DNA of 34,630 nucleotides, from positions 53,679-88,308 of the forward strand of contig NW_027192194.1 in assembly GCF_041956535.1 (NCBI RefSeq). Reading direction: 5' to 3'. Origin of the DNA: Calcarisporiella thermophila CBS 279.70 (Eukaryota > Fungi > Calcarisporiellomycota). Of the stretch, positions 1 to 12,210 are shown piece after piece (the stretch's first letter is position 1; every line of letters begins with the position of its first letter). The translations under genes and the position numbers were made by a program. The notes below the pieces were generated by a model, which saw only the letters and a list, made by a program, of their open reading frames with translations, was not told the DNA's origin and did not search any database.

Positions 1-379
1 CACACGTTCTCGAATCTTTTTACGAGTTGGCTTCATAGGTGTAAGATATTGTTAAAAAATAAAAGCATCACCGTTGCAAATAAAAAATATTTAGATGGAA
101 TGGTGGAGAAAATATAAAAGTATTTGGGTATCTTTGGCACACATCGGTATTTATAAAGATATCAATTTCCCATAAATTCGGGGTGCTATTCAATGATATC
201 CTAGTTTTACCAGAAATGCATTTATAACCGGGGTAGCGGTTGGAACAGCATATAGTGTAGATCCAACAGTGTTTAATAATGAAGCCGCTGTTATAATATT
301 CCATCCATTCAGGAGATATGAGCATTCAAAGGAAAATTGTTAAAACACGCTGTCACATTTTTCCCTACTTGTATAGGAC

Positions 380-384
380 AAAAA
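380..384 (-). terminator. Pol III oligo-T terminator of tRNA-Arg
   Basis: A T5 run on the minus strand starts 6 nt after the tRNA discriminator base. Confidence 0.75.
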
Positions 385-389
385 GAGAT

Positions 390-462
390 CGAGCGTACCA
401 GGGGTCGAACCTGGAATCTCCTGATTCGTAGTCAGGCGCCTTATCCATTTGGCCATACACCC
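390..462 (-). tRNA. tRNA-Arg (anticodon ACG), intronless
   Basis: The reverse complement is GGGTGTATGGCCAAATGGATAAGGCGCCTGACTACGAATCAGGAGATTCCAGGTTCGACCCCTGGTACGCTCG (73 nt). It has acceptor stem GGGTGTA/TACGCTC, anticodon arm CCTGA-CT-ACG-AA-TCAGG and T-loop GGTTCGAC. Confidence 0.97.
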
Positions 463-1086
463 TTTGAACCTTATTTTAGAGTTAGTGCAATCCTTTTTAT
501 AGAAAAAACTTTTAGCCGAATTCGGGTTGCTGGCTTTTTTATATACGAAAAGTACCATTGAATTGGATTGTGCATTGGCTGAAAGTCGTTGGAAAGGTTT
601 TCTCATTTTCGAGCCATTATATTAGTGGGTAATGGCAAAGTGATTTCAAGTAGAGCCCGACTAAGAGGAATATTTGTATGACCAAATTGAGAAATGTAGG
701 TGGCTTCTAACAAGTAGAGCAGACATCGTTGTGAGGGAAAAATGAATTGAAAAATAGACAATTTTGACTATGTGGCCATTTATAGGGTAATATTGGTGTA
801 ACATGTAGAGAAGAGTGGGATGTCAATTCAGCCTATACTGAGCCTATGCTTCTCTTGGCACTCTCAAATTTAGGGAAAAGCGGCGTGTTCCAACCAGCGT
901 TGCAAAGGTTTTTAGAGGGTCATCCACTTAAAAAGATAAATAATTTTTCTCTAAATCAAAAAAGAAAATATACAGCATAATACTATCTCAATAAAAGAGG
1001 ATGTTTGTGAACGCATATTAATGATGAAGTTTTAAGCAAAATAACTTAGAGAGAGAGTAATAAAAAAAAGGATCGCCACAAATTTT

Positions 1087-3035
1087 TTAGACACCCTGCA
1101 CAACTCTCGGCCATGTCTGTCTAATTTTCTCAAAGAGGGCAGGTTTGGTGCGCGCCAAAGCGGCTGGGTCTTCAGCCAGGGCTACGAAGGTGGTAGCATT
1201 GCCACTCAAAATAACTCCGCCGAAGATATACATCATCTGAGCTCCAATAATAAAGCAAATGAATATGATGAGGGCGGTGTAAGGGCCATTTTCGCTATTG
1301 TTATTGAAGGCTGGCTTTTGAATGAGAAGATAGACAAAGCCTAAAGCTCCCGTTATGATGCCGACAAGTATCGAACCTAATCACAAAAGAAGAGAGTGCT
1401 ATGAGTACATCTTTTTTTCGCAAAAACTACTATCGTATACACACCCATTCCGACCACATTCCCCACTAAATTGTCATTGATAATGGCCTCAACACCTCGG
1501 TCCTTAATAAGAGTCCAAGTGTCCTTAGCCGCTTGCCAAAATGGCTTGCCATACCTGATAAAAAAAGTGATCAAGTCCGAATAAATAAGCCCAAATTAAT
1601 CGAAGAGGTAAAGCATCCACACTTACATAGCACACTGGATATACGCGTAGGTATTGATAAAGTCCAATGCACCCTCAATGCATGCCAGCAAGCAATCCAC
1701 CAAGATTAAGCAGAAGGCGCCGCAAGGATTGTCAGTGTCGTGGGCAGCGGAGCGCACCAAAAAGCGTATAGTCTGAAGCAGCGCGATCAGCAAGCCACCG
1801 AAACACACGCTTCCAAAGCTGGTAGTCAGAGCCCGCTTCAGGGAGCCGGTGGTGGGATTCTGTGGGCATGTCGGTGTCCCTTGCAAAAAGTAGAAGGCGG
1901 AGAATGTGCCCGCCACGGTCATGTGAATGGTGGATTCTATGACTTGCGTGACCCAGTAGAAGCTAAAAACGGAATAGATCATAGCAATGGTTAACCGTGC
2001 ATCGGTTGTCGTTTGTGTCTTGCCATTGACGGTGGTAGTCGTGGAGAGCCATTGGAATAAGCCTATGATCGTAAAGACCCACCAGACATTATAGGCAACG
2101 GTAACAATGAGACCTCCAATTGACACGACAATTGTCCCATAATATCTACAACAAAAGATCGGCCTTGTTAGCACTATGTTCGTGGCGGTTAAAACAAAAT
2201 GAAGCTATATTTTACTTTCGCATAACTGATGTAACCGTCTCCAGCATTACAACTGCGAAAGGGATTCGTGACCTCCACCAGAACCAACAAAGAGCATAGA
2301 GCACACTGAAGACGAAGAATATAGCGCCTCCAATAAAGTTTCTATACAAATATCATTAACACGATTCATTAGTTGACCATTGTTGCAGTAATACAATATA
2401 TTTTAATTTGCAATTACCTTTTCACGAAAAAAAGTGCTGCAACAACAAACGAGAGAATGATGGAGGCAAGAAATGTAAATTTGATAAAAAATCTGGGGAA
2501 CCTATCTTGGCCAAATGAGGTGTTGGTTCACGTCAACTGGACAATTTTCGAGCTTTGTCTCATACCTTTGAGCAAGAAGTGTATAGCAAAAGCTGATCAC
2601 AAATCCTAGTAATACAATCACAAAGAACATCCCAATTGTTCCCCCATCAAGGGATGTTGTCTCTCCTTGTTTCGAGAACAATCCATTTCGAACTGCTGTA
2701 CTGATTCCAAAGTAGCTCAACACCGCAAATATCACAAGGTGAATCAGGAATAAGATAGTAGCCCATACATCGTTATACTTTGGGGTGATGCTAAACTTTT
2801 CATGATTGGGCTGCGGTGGTGGAATTGGCTGAAAATCATTCTGTGGCTGTTGATATTGTGAATGAGAAGAGTAATCGGGAGGAGGATAAGGGCTATAGCT
2901 CTGGTTTTGCGGTGGATACGATGGCTGTGTAGGAGGAGGAGGATAGTATTGTTGTTGTGGTGGAGGAGGAGGAGGAGGAGGATAATATGGCTGCTGCTGC
3001 TGGTAACCGTTGTTTGGCAGCTGGTAGTACGACAT
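1087..3035 (-). CDS. PNS1: Choline transporter-like (CTL/SLC44) family protein Pns1; multi-exon (about 6 exons)
   Basis: The spliced ORF pieces give a Pro/Gln/Tyr-rich N-terminus (MSYYQLPNN...), 'PKYNDVWATILF', multiple TM helices, 'RALTTSFGSVCFGGL', 'NTYAYIQCAMYGKPF...LIKDRGVEAIINDNLV' and a C-terminus '...VVQGV*'. The pieces are joined by GT-AG introns. Confidence 0.92.
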
Positions 3036-3708
3036 TTTGGAGGTTGGGGAGGAGAGAAAAAAAATTAAAGGAATGGGTCCCTTGAGAATTAAGTGAAAAA
3101 TAGGAGCTTTAGAGGGACTCCGAATCAAAATCCGATAAAAACAATGCAACCCCGCTTTTGGAAATTAAGCTATGAGGGTTATAGGTTAGGTTACAAGGGG
3201 GATTTTTGTCATGTATGTATAAGATCATTCTTCATGAAAAATGGTAGTATTGTATAATCTGTTTTAATATACACTCCTCTGTAGTAGGTAAATATACTAG
3301 ATGGACTACTTAATCCATTGTTTTATGTTCCTGAAATTAAATGAATAGCTTTCCCTTGAACTTTGTTTCTGTACCTGACATTTATGCTTCCAGTATCAAA
3401 TTGCTTACAAGCCGACATTCAATTTCTCGAGGTTGCAAGGCTTAGACATGCCGTTGAAAAAGCTTGTTTGGCGGGTGTCTATGAGTTTCTGGAAGGAAAC
3501 TTCTTAGAATACAACCAGTAGGATTTGAGATTGATCTCACTCAATCCAAGTCGAATGTTTAGGTGAACGAATTGATAACTTCCTTTTTCCTGCTAAACAT
3601 CCTTTCATAGGCTCTGATGAAATAATTTTATCTTAAACCACAAGTTACATCAATAGCTTCATTTTGGCTTTTCCTATTATTGATATCACTAAGATAAATT
3701 TAAACAAA

Positions 3709-4941
3709 TTACTCGCTCTTTCCTTTTGCAGCATCACGCTCTTGCTTGCGGAGTGCACGCTTACGGATGCTGTACAAGAATTCTAGAAAAAAGATGGGGA
3801 GAGTAAGAATTAAAAACTATCTCTGATCCAACATATTAGCATAGTAAATTTAAAAAAAAGGTGCTTACTCTTGTTATAGTTGAGCCAGAAGCTCTTCCAG
3901 AAAACTCGCTCTAGCACGTAGTTCACCAATGCATGAGAGAAATAGGGAGACGAGCTGTACGGTGTACGAGCACCTCCTCTCAATCCCAGCTTTCCAAGTA
4001 CCGAGCGAACATAGGGAGCAGGAAGAGGGGTCATGAAGTTGGGACGACGAATCTTGCTCATAGATGACACCACATAGTAAGTATTCACATGCTCTACATC
4101 TACTCCGTGCGATGAGAGTTCAGCGCCTAGGGCCTGCGACCACGTGCACAAAAAGGCTTTTGATCCAGAGTAGACCGAAAGATAAGGCGAAGGGGTGACT
4201 CCCGAGATCGAACCCTGGTTGATGATGAGGCCACGGCGCTGTTTCACCATATGTTCTGCCACCATATGAGTGAGTTTGAGAGCGGTTGTGATATTAAGTT
4301 TGATGATATCATCGATACGTTGCATCTTCTCTTCATGGAATGGAGTTGGGAACTCATGGCTAAGTCCAACATTGTTCACGAGTATACCAATGTCCAGGGT
4401 GTCAATGATCCCTTTCAATTCAGTAAAGTTTTCCTCGGTGGCTTTAGCAAAGTCGAAAGGAATGACCTTCACCTGTACACCGTATTTAGATTCTATGAAA
4501 ATGAATAATTAGTATAAATAAATATCGGACTAGAACTATTCAGTCAGAACATCTCAAAGTTAGACCTACTAATGGTTTCTGCCAGTTCATCCAGTTTTGA
4601 CTGTGTGCGCGCCAAAATCATCACATTAAACTTGGCCTTTGCAAGCTGAAGAGAATACTCTTTTCCAATACCATCAGAGGCCCCCGTGACGATAGCCCAA
4701 GCACCCTTTCCAGCACCATATTTTTTAAGGCTTTTACCTGGAAGAATAAGAGTGTCGAGTAAGAGAATCGCGATTTCATACGCGTAAGATGCAACCACTC
4801 CTGCACCAATTAAGGCGAGAGCGGCCAAGAAATAATTGTCTACGCGATTCGATCCAAAATTAATTAACGCTCGTAATAGCCAAAGTGGAAATGATGTCTC
4901 TTACTTTCGACCAATTTTACTATATCTTGCACAACACACAT
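3709..4941 (-). CDS. IFA38: Very-long-chain 3-oxoacyl-CoA reductase (SDR, KAR/17bHSD12 family); 4 exons
   Basis: Motifs are 'WAIVTGASDGIGKEY', 'ILVNNVGLSH' and the catalytic 'YSGSK'. The short first exon MCVVQDIVKLVE splices in frame, and the C-terminus is basic (RKRALRKQERDAAKGKSE*). Confidence 0.92.
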
Positions 4942-5753
4942 TTCAATACTTGTTACGAAGATTGAAATGAGTTATTTTTTTTTTAAATAGAATATTTGAA
5001 ACTTCGCTATCGACGTCACGAAATTCTCCTCTTTATTAACCGCAATATGCATGAAGGGGTTTCAAATAAATAAAAGATATAATATTGAATTGAATATCGA
5101 ACAAAATTTCCCAAATTTGACCCTGACAAAGGTTTAGAGATGCTTACGCATAACAATTGAATATGACATGTGATATTAAGCGTGAGAAACGAACAGCTAA
5201 ACCGTGGCAACACAACTTATTAAGCTATGATTGAGTTAGCTACGTCTATGAATTGAATCACCAGATAAAATATTTGTTAAGAGTATGTTAACAGGAGTGA
5301 TGAATCTTACGGAATAAAAATATATTAAGGAGGGAGAGCTTGCGAAAATATATTATCATTGACCAAAACGGGTCCCCCTTTCTAAAGTATTATTTAATTA
5401 CCATGGGCAAATGGGTGCAATAAGAATGAAATCCTTGCCAAATTATCTAAGGTATTCCAAGCGGTCAAGCCGTTCAACATGGAATCCTACAAACTCTTCT
5501 CCCCCTCACAAGGATAAAGCTAATTTTTCGCTTTTATCTATTTAGCCTGTGCAATACATAGAAGAGAAAATATATTAAATTCGCTAGCGCGAAGTACATG
5601 TAGTATACTAGCAGCTAACTAATCATCGTTTTTGGTTTACAAATCATTTTTCAGTAAGATATCAGTAACAAAAATTGGCAATACATGATAATAAATATGC
5701 TAAAATGAGCTAGCACAACAGAGTACACAATTAACTTTGCTCCTCTATCCCAC

Positions 5754-7056
5754 TTAATCAATTGAGTTTACTGTGTCCTTTTTGGATACCCTTTCGACAA
5801 ACCGCACAATCGCTTCTGTGACCTGCTCATGACTCTCCACTTGCGGGATATGGCCAACCTCAGGTAGACTTATTTGCTGGAAGAAAGTCGCATCGGCGGC
5901 CCATTCGCGGAGTATACTTGCATTACCCCTTTTTTCTAGCGCATCCTAAGTAAATTAGAGCTCAAAGAGGTGAATATTATAGAGCATCCAAGAGAATGTC
6001 AACCTTACCTTTTCACCAAAGATATTTAGCAGAGCACAATGGAGTTTGCCCAATAAATCTGGCGTGAGAGTGTGATTGATCCCACACACAAATCGTTTGT
6101 ATACCTATAGGGGAAAAACTAGAGATAAGAATAAAGAAGCACTATATAGGCGATTTAATAGGTAGATTAAACGTAAATTTACCGGTGTCCTTGACTCCTT
6201 GTTCCACTTTAACACAGTCTTTTTTACTTCTATATCTTCGGTATAAATCATCCTCTTTACCGATGCCGACTCAAGACCTCCACGTCGATCTAGAACACGC
6301 AGTAGATTGAGGATCAGATCTGGTATATAGGGCAAAATCTTCTTTGCACGTGTAGGGGGTAATGCACCGGGAACAGGTGAGACAAAGACAATCCCATGGC
6401 AGTTCGAGCTGTATTTGAGGTAAAGAAGGGAAACTAAAACACATCCGTATGAATGGCCGATAAAAATGAGATTTGGGTTCTTGAACTTTTCAAGAGAGAG
6501 GATTTTCGATAGATCCTCAACGAGTGACTCGTCGTAATAATCATCCCAGCTACAGTGAAAACCAAAAGCTTGTTAAGATATCTAGTCCAAATGGTAAAAT
6601 AGTGTATTAACCTCTTCAGAACCGATGATCTTCCACAGCCGACCATATCAACGCATAAACAGTTAGCAACTGAAGAGACGGCAGGCAACTGATGTTGCCA
6701 CTGTGCTGCCTATAACAAAATGGGTAGGCCAATTAATTGCTCACCTAACCCATAGGCTTGATGTTAATCTTACCTGACCACCTAAGCCATGGACAAAGAG
6801 AGCAAGCGGGGCCGCTTTCCCTCGCTCGTGTTCGTGAAAAATAACCCTAAGCCGTTTGCCACCTCCAAGATCAACATATTCGTCATGGGAATCATGCTTA
6901 GCCTCTAGTGCAGTCTATTAGTTAGCACGAGAAAAATTTGAACAATGTTAAAAAAAAACCTTGCTGTTCATCCGCTGAACTCATTCTGTGTATCAGAAAC
7001 ACACCCCCGAGCAGTAAACCTGATGCTAATGTTATAAACTCGATTAGCGAAGGCAT
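5754..7056 (-). CDS. Alpha/beta-fold hydrolase (Abhydrolase_1/6-like) with N-terminal membrane anchor; about 6 exons
   Basis: Manual splicing gives MPSLIEFITLASGLLLGGVFLIH..., 'LFVHGLGGQ', 'VDMVGCGRS', nucleophile elbow 'IGHSYG' and catalytic His region 'VGHIPQVE', with the stop at 5754-5756. Confidence 0.85.
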
Positions 7057-7143
7057 CTCTCTACACCCTAAGAAAAAACTTTTCTATTATCAATACGATA
7101 AAGTATGGCTGCATCCCAATTTTCACGAGACTATTTCGACATA

Positions 7144-7405
7144 TGGAAGATTCCAAACCTGAGCAGATATACTGGATTTAGAAATTGAAGAATCAATAGT
7201 ATCTGCAGTTATTATATCTTTTAAAATTCGATATATAGAGTAGTAATTTTCGAATTTTTTTTTTTTGCAACCTTTGACTTATCATGAAAAATTTATACTA
7301 ATCTTATACCAACATATATACCTATTATATCGCGATTTTATCTTCATTATGGCATCCCTTTCAACTTCCAACCTCCATTTTGTTTCTCAGTTTGGTACTA
7401 TTGTC
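7144..7405 (+). repeat. Diverged repeat copy A (similar to about 11072-11313)
   Basis: cagatatactggatttagaaattgaagaatc...atctgcagttatta...attatggca aligns by eye with cagatatgctgaatttagaattcgacgaatc...atctgcagttgtta...attatggca. The boundaries are approximate. Confidence 0.75.
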
Positions 7406-7770
7406 TTGCCAAATGCTACACTTGAAAATGACAAAGCGTCTTTAAAGGATACTTTATCTTCTCTTTACAGAGCGATTGGACAACATTACTCAATTCTTTT
7501 TTTTTTTCGCTAGTAAGAACTAACTAGATTACAGAATTTTGGAGCGAGATTTAAGACAAGCATTATAGTAAGTATTATTTTTAGTATTGAGTACCTATTA
7601 ATTTAGGTTCGCTTATCCGGGTATAACTATTAATTACCACTAAGTTGGTTAATTAATTGCTCTGCTTTATTTACTTTTACTTTTGTTACTCTCGTGTCAA
7701 AATAAATTTTATCAATTCCAAGTTGCGCGTAACCTTTATATTTTAAATCTTTTCATTCTCCTTTCTAAAG

Positions 7771-8076
7771 ATGACTATTATCTCCATTCCCGATCTCAAA
7801 TCCTGTATGTTCAAAGATCGAGATAACGAAATAACTGAATGGGTGAACGATTATGCAGTTAGTATTGGGTTTGATTTGAGGGTAGAACGCGCAGATCTTA
7901 TTACTGGAGTCCTCACTGCTCTAACAATATCATATTCACGATCAGGCCAACACAGTTCGAATAACGAAATACCTATGAGAAATTTATCAACAGTGAAATG
8001 CGATTATCCTTTCATATTGCGATTTCAATTTTCAAAGGCCGTAAATCCTTTGGTAATATTGAAAATATTAGGGTAG
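7771..8076 (+). pseudogene. Decayed FAR1/AFT-like (WRKY-GCM1 fold) DNA-binding domain ORF, probable MULE transposon relic
   Basis: 'F..RDNEITEWVNDYAVSIGFDLRVERAD...ISYSRSG...STVKCDYPFILR' matches the FAR1 pattern (YA...GF.v.......C.r.G......s.K..CpF.l). The Cys positions read Tyr, and the ORF stops before the expected HNH. Confidence 0.55.
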
Positions 8077-9223
8077 GTTAGTAAAGAAAGTATAATATTT
8101 AGAGGAAGGGGATACTTTGAAGATGGTTTTTGGAAAGCAACTACAAGCGACTGTGAATCGATTGCACTAAATATGAACACTCTTAGGAAGGATACTAGCA
8201 TAGTTATCAGCACTCGAAATTTTTGATATAATATCAAAAAAATTTATATCTAAATGGTTTGACAAATCAAAATTCATATTATTTCCATATCACTGATTCT
8301 GTCTGGTTCTTTGTAGAAACCCTCAATTTACCGGCTACTCCCTCGCCAAGTGGAGCAGGATCGATTGGTAAATAACACTATCTTAAATAAAAATAGAAGA
8401 TTCGTGAGGAACGAGACAAAATAGATAGTTTATGTAGAAATAGAAAATCAAAAAATGGGTCAAAATAGTGCTTTCAAAAACAATAAACATCGAAGTATCA
8501 ACGAAGTGACGATGAGCAAACATTTCTTGTCATGATGTGTATTTGATGAGATATCTAGTTACACCATTTCTTGATCAAGTAATTGCACTCGTGAGATTTA
8601 CATTGTATAGAACTGCGTGTTTCAGATTTGTCCGTCATTTTCTCTAGAACGCAAAGCACCATCAATCTCTATGACGCAAAAAAATAGAAAAAAAATTGAT
8701 CTAAATTAGTTTTAGTAGCCTAATGGATTATCTTTTGACACAATTACTAGTCTGCTTATCGATCACATACACACTAACCTTGTAATTGTCTTGTTGGATG
8801 TGCCGAACCTATTGATGAGTCATTAGGCGAGTTGTATTCTCTTGAAGGGTTTTCTAGAGAAGATGAAGAATTAATAAGTGCTTTGATAGGCTATAGCTTG
8901 CTTGATGACAAAAAGTGGTACCGGAAAAATAATCTTTGTAGAAATCAAATTGTGGAGATAGAGAAGCTAATCATCCCAATGGAACAAATTAATGACGACC
9001 TTATCGGTTACACACTACTAATAACAATCACGGTCAAGGAACTCACGAAAATCCATTTTTGTTTTTGTACCAAAAATTAGTAATACTCACATAACAATGT
9101 TTCATTGTAGAGGATTCTTATAGTCGATGGAAATCAGATAAATTCATCGCGATCGCACTGATTATATTCTCGGGTTATCATTGATTATATTTTTTTAACT
9201 TCATTATTCGGTACTAATAAAGT

Positions 9224-10929
9224 ATGAGAAGTGAGGAAAATGTACCACTACCAGCAGCGGAACCACAACCCACGCAGGAATTTTCTGAAGAGAAAGACAA
9301 TATAGCAGTGGCTGAGAAAGGCGAAGCTGAAGATGGGGTTAGTAAGGAGTATCCTCTAGACTCGCTATATGGGTGGTTCGTGGTCGTTGCCGCATTCTTT
9401 TTGACCTTTTACCTGTTCGGTTTGGCCACAGGCTGGGGTGTATTTCAGGTAAGCATTTGTAGGCTTCCTAATCTAAGCGAAGCCCTTTCTTTATAATCTC
9501 TTATCTTAATTTTTCTTTTCTCTTATTTTGCTCTTACTCCATAGGATCTCTACTCGAAGGACATCTTGCACGATCAGGAATCTCTCCTCTCCATTTCCTA
9601 CATTGGTAGTCTGAGCATCGGGCTCATGTATGTATTTGGACTCATAAGCGGCATGATCAATAATCGCTTTGGTAATCGCAGCCTGCTTTTGGCAGCCACG
9701 GTGATTCAACCATTGGGTTTAATTCTGGCCAGCTTCTCCTCCACATTATGGCAGCTTTATCTCACACAGGGCTTGCTAGTTGGTCTGGGAAACGGCTGCG
9801 CATTTCATGGCGGCATCTCTATAATTCCCCAATGGTTTGAACGATATCGCGGACTCGCAACCGGGATTGCGGTTTCGGGCTCAGGGTTTGGTGGATTGGC
9901 ACTTGCCCCGCTGTCTAGAGCATTGATTGACCGTTTAGGATATCGATGGGCCTTACGCATTCTTGGAATTATCGGCTTTGCAACTTTATTAAGTAGTTTT
10001 TTCATCGTACGTCCAAGAGCTTCACGGCCTTCTCATAAGCCGAGTATAATCCATCTTAGTTTCTTTGACATGAGATTTGCCATAGTGATGGTCATCGGCT
10101 TGTTTGCGATGCTTGGCTACTGGCAACCCTACTTCATGTTGCCAAGTTATGCTGTCGCCACCACCGGCCTTACTCCCCAGCTTACTGCCATATTTGTCGG
10201 CGTTATTTCAGGCGTGGCCTCCGTGTTTCGAATTGTGTTAGGAGGGTGTGCAGATTGGCTGTAAGTAAACTTTGTGATTGATTCTCTCAGACTAAGCTAT
10301 ATCCGAGGTTTGATATCTCTTTCTCGTTTTACTCATTCTTTTGGTTTTTCGCATGTAGAGGTTATACTAATGTACTCATGGGCTCACTGTTATTATCTAC
10401 AATATCTATCCTTATTTTTTGGGTGTTCGCAAAATCATTCGCGTTTTTTGTCATTTTTGTAATCCTCTTTGGTGCAAGTTCAGGTATATTTTCTTGAAGT
10501 TCGCCCTTTCCGGTTTCATTTTCAGGTCTAGTAGAAAGCTTATCGATATCCCTCAATACTCTCTTCATCTTTTCTTAGGAGGATTTACAAGCTTATTCCC
10601 AGTGATTGTTACTGAGCTCGTCAAACCGGAGGATACCCCCACAGCAATGGGCTTAGCTTATTTCTCTTTTGGAGTGGGCAGCCTATTAGGGCCAGGGTTC
10701 TCAGTGTTATTGAAAGCCTCTAATGGAGGAGATCTTGGAAGTATTCTATTTGCTGGAAGGTAAGTATTCTAATGGCGGTACATCCTTGATGTAGCACTCT
10801 TTTTTATTGCCACATAGCCAATCTTATCTTTTTTTTTCTCTTCTTCGTTCTAGTGTCTCTTTGGTGGCGACCATAGCTGCATTGGGTTTACGGTATTTAA
10901 AGAGTCATCGGATCCTTGCAAAAGTTTAA
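9224..10929 (+). CDS. MFS transporter, monocarboxylate porter (MCT/Mch-like) family; 5 exons
   Basis: Motifs are 'PLDSLYGWFVVVAAF', 'GMINNRFGNR', 'LWQLYLTQGLLVGLG' and 'QWFERYRGLATGIAVSGSGFGG'. GT-AG introns lie at about 9449-9544, 10261-10358, 10484-10578 and 10760-10853, and the stop is at 10927-10929. Confidence 0.93.
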
Positions 10930-11071
10930 AGTAGTATGGAGTTGTTTTTTTTTGCAAAAGATATTAAAGAAGTGGTTACAAACTGGCATTTTATTTATCT
11001 GTACTTATAAAGCTTCACCTACAAGCTGAAATAAATTAATATTTTACTTTCAATACCTCTAACTTTTATTT

Positions 11072-11313
11072 TGAAGGATTTCAACTCTGATTCAGATATG
11101 CTGAATTTAGAATTCGACGAATCTAAGTATCAGAGACATCTGCAGTTGTTAATATTCCCTTAAATGATTCAACATTCAAAGAAATAATTTACGAAGTCTT
11201 TTTTCGCATTTCTTAACTTTTCACTATCAAAATTTTTGTTGATTTATTGTATCCATTATTTGATTATGGCAATAGGCTGATGAACAATCTGTTGTTTTAG
11301 TTGTACAATATTT
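11072..11313 (+). repeat. Diverged repeat copy B (similar to about 7144-7405)
   Basis: See copy A. The two copies are in the same orientation, about 3.9 kb apart. Confidence 0.75.
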
Positions 11314-11895
11314 CCACAGCGGAAGCTGACTACCTATATTATAATAAACACTAACTATCGAACTTAACATTAATTATAACAAAATAATAAGTTAGAAGAA
11401 AAAATAAGATTATAAAAACAAGTGGGAAAAAAAGTTAGTTCGTACTCAATATATCTTACAATCCGTTCTATGCAATAATAATTAATTAAGCATTTAAAAT
11501 AAAAAATTTTAATATAGATAAATGGCAAGCATAGTGGGAAAATAGCATACATGAGATAGCTGTGGGTTTTAAGAGAGAGATGCTTCATTAGCACTTGAAA
11601 TTTGACCTTTAGAAGAAGGTTTAGCTCATATAGCAAATGAGGATAGTTGTTAGGCCACAAACTTCGCTACCGACAAATGTCAGTGGAGGTGGGAGATGAT
11701 ATAAAATCCACAACTACGGGATATACAATTGAAGTTCAAACAGAAAGAATGGATAAACTATAGTATAAGTTTATATAAATTTATATAGTAAAGGCTCCAT
11801 CGAGAACAGAACTAAAACTTGATGCATAGCCATATTCACAAATCTTTGAATATGAATTTAAAATCGCCTTTGTGAATGTGCTATTTAACCTTTAG

Positions 11896-12210
11896 ACTGT
11901 CGCCTAATGCCGATTGCCATACTGGTAATTTTTGCTACTCAAAAGGAGCAAGTTGCATACATGGACATTTCGATTGTATTAACGGCATACTTGCTTGGCT
12001 AAAGTGGGTAGAGTTAATAAAGCTGATCATCACCTTTAACTTGCAAACTCTGAATAGTTTGCTCCAACAAATATTATGAACTCAATAAACTCCCAATATT
12101 CAGTCTTTCGGGAAAGGATGCAATGATAATACGGTTATTGCACAAGCAGTTGAGATTGCTGACCCGGTGAGTACTGCTACGGAAATGGAATACGTCTCGA
12201 CGATGATTGA
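11896..12210 (+). pseudogene. Possible decayed cysteine-rich repeat protein gene
   Basis: It contains repeated DC-x2-G-x2-CY-type units (NADCHTGNFCYSKG, CIHGHFDCING, GYCTSS*DC*PGEYCYGNG) interrupted by in-frame TGA codons and frameshifts. Confidence 0.4.

Noticed and set aside
337-606. Two short ORFs over the tRNA
   Set aside because: They overlap a bona fide tRNA gene and show no protein features.
8832-9080. 82-aa ORF upstream of the MFS gene
   Set aside because: It has a non-ATG start, no motif and no evident splice partners.
4999-11675. 15/16 match aaacttcgctaYcgac at about 4999 and 11660
   Set aside because: A few such matches are expected by chance in 35 kb, and the similarity does not extend.
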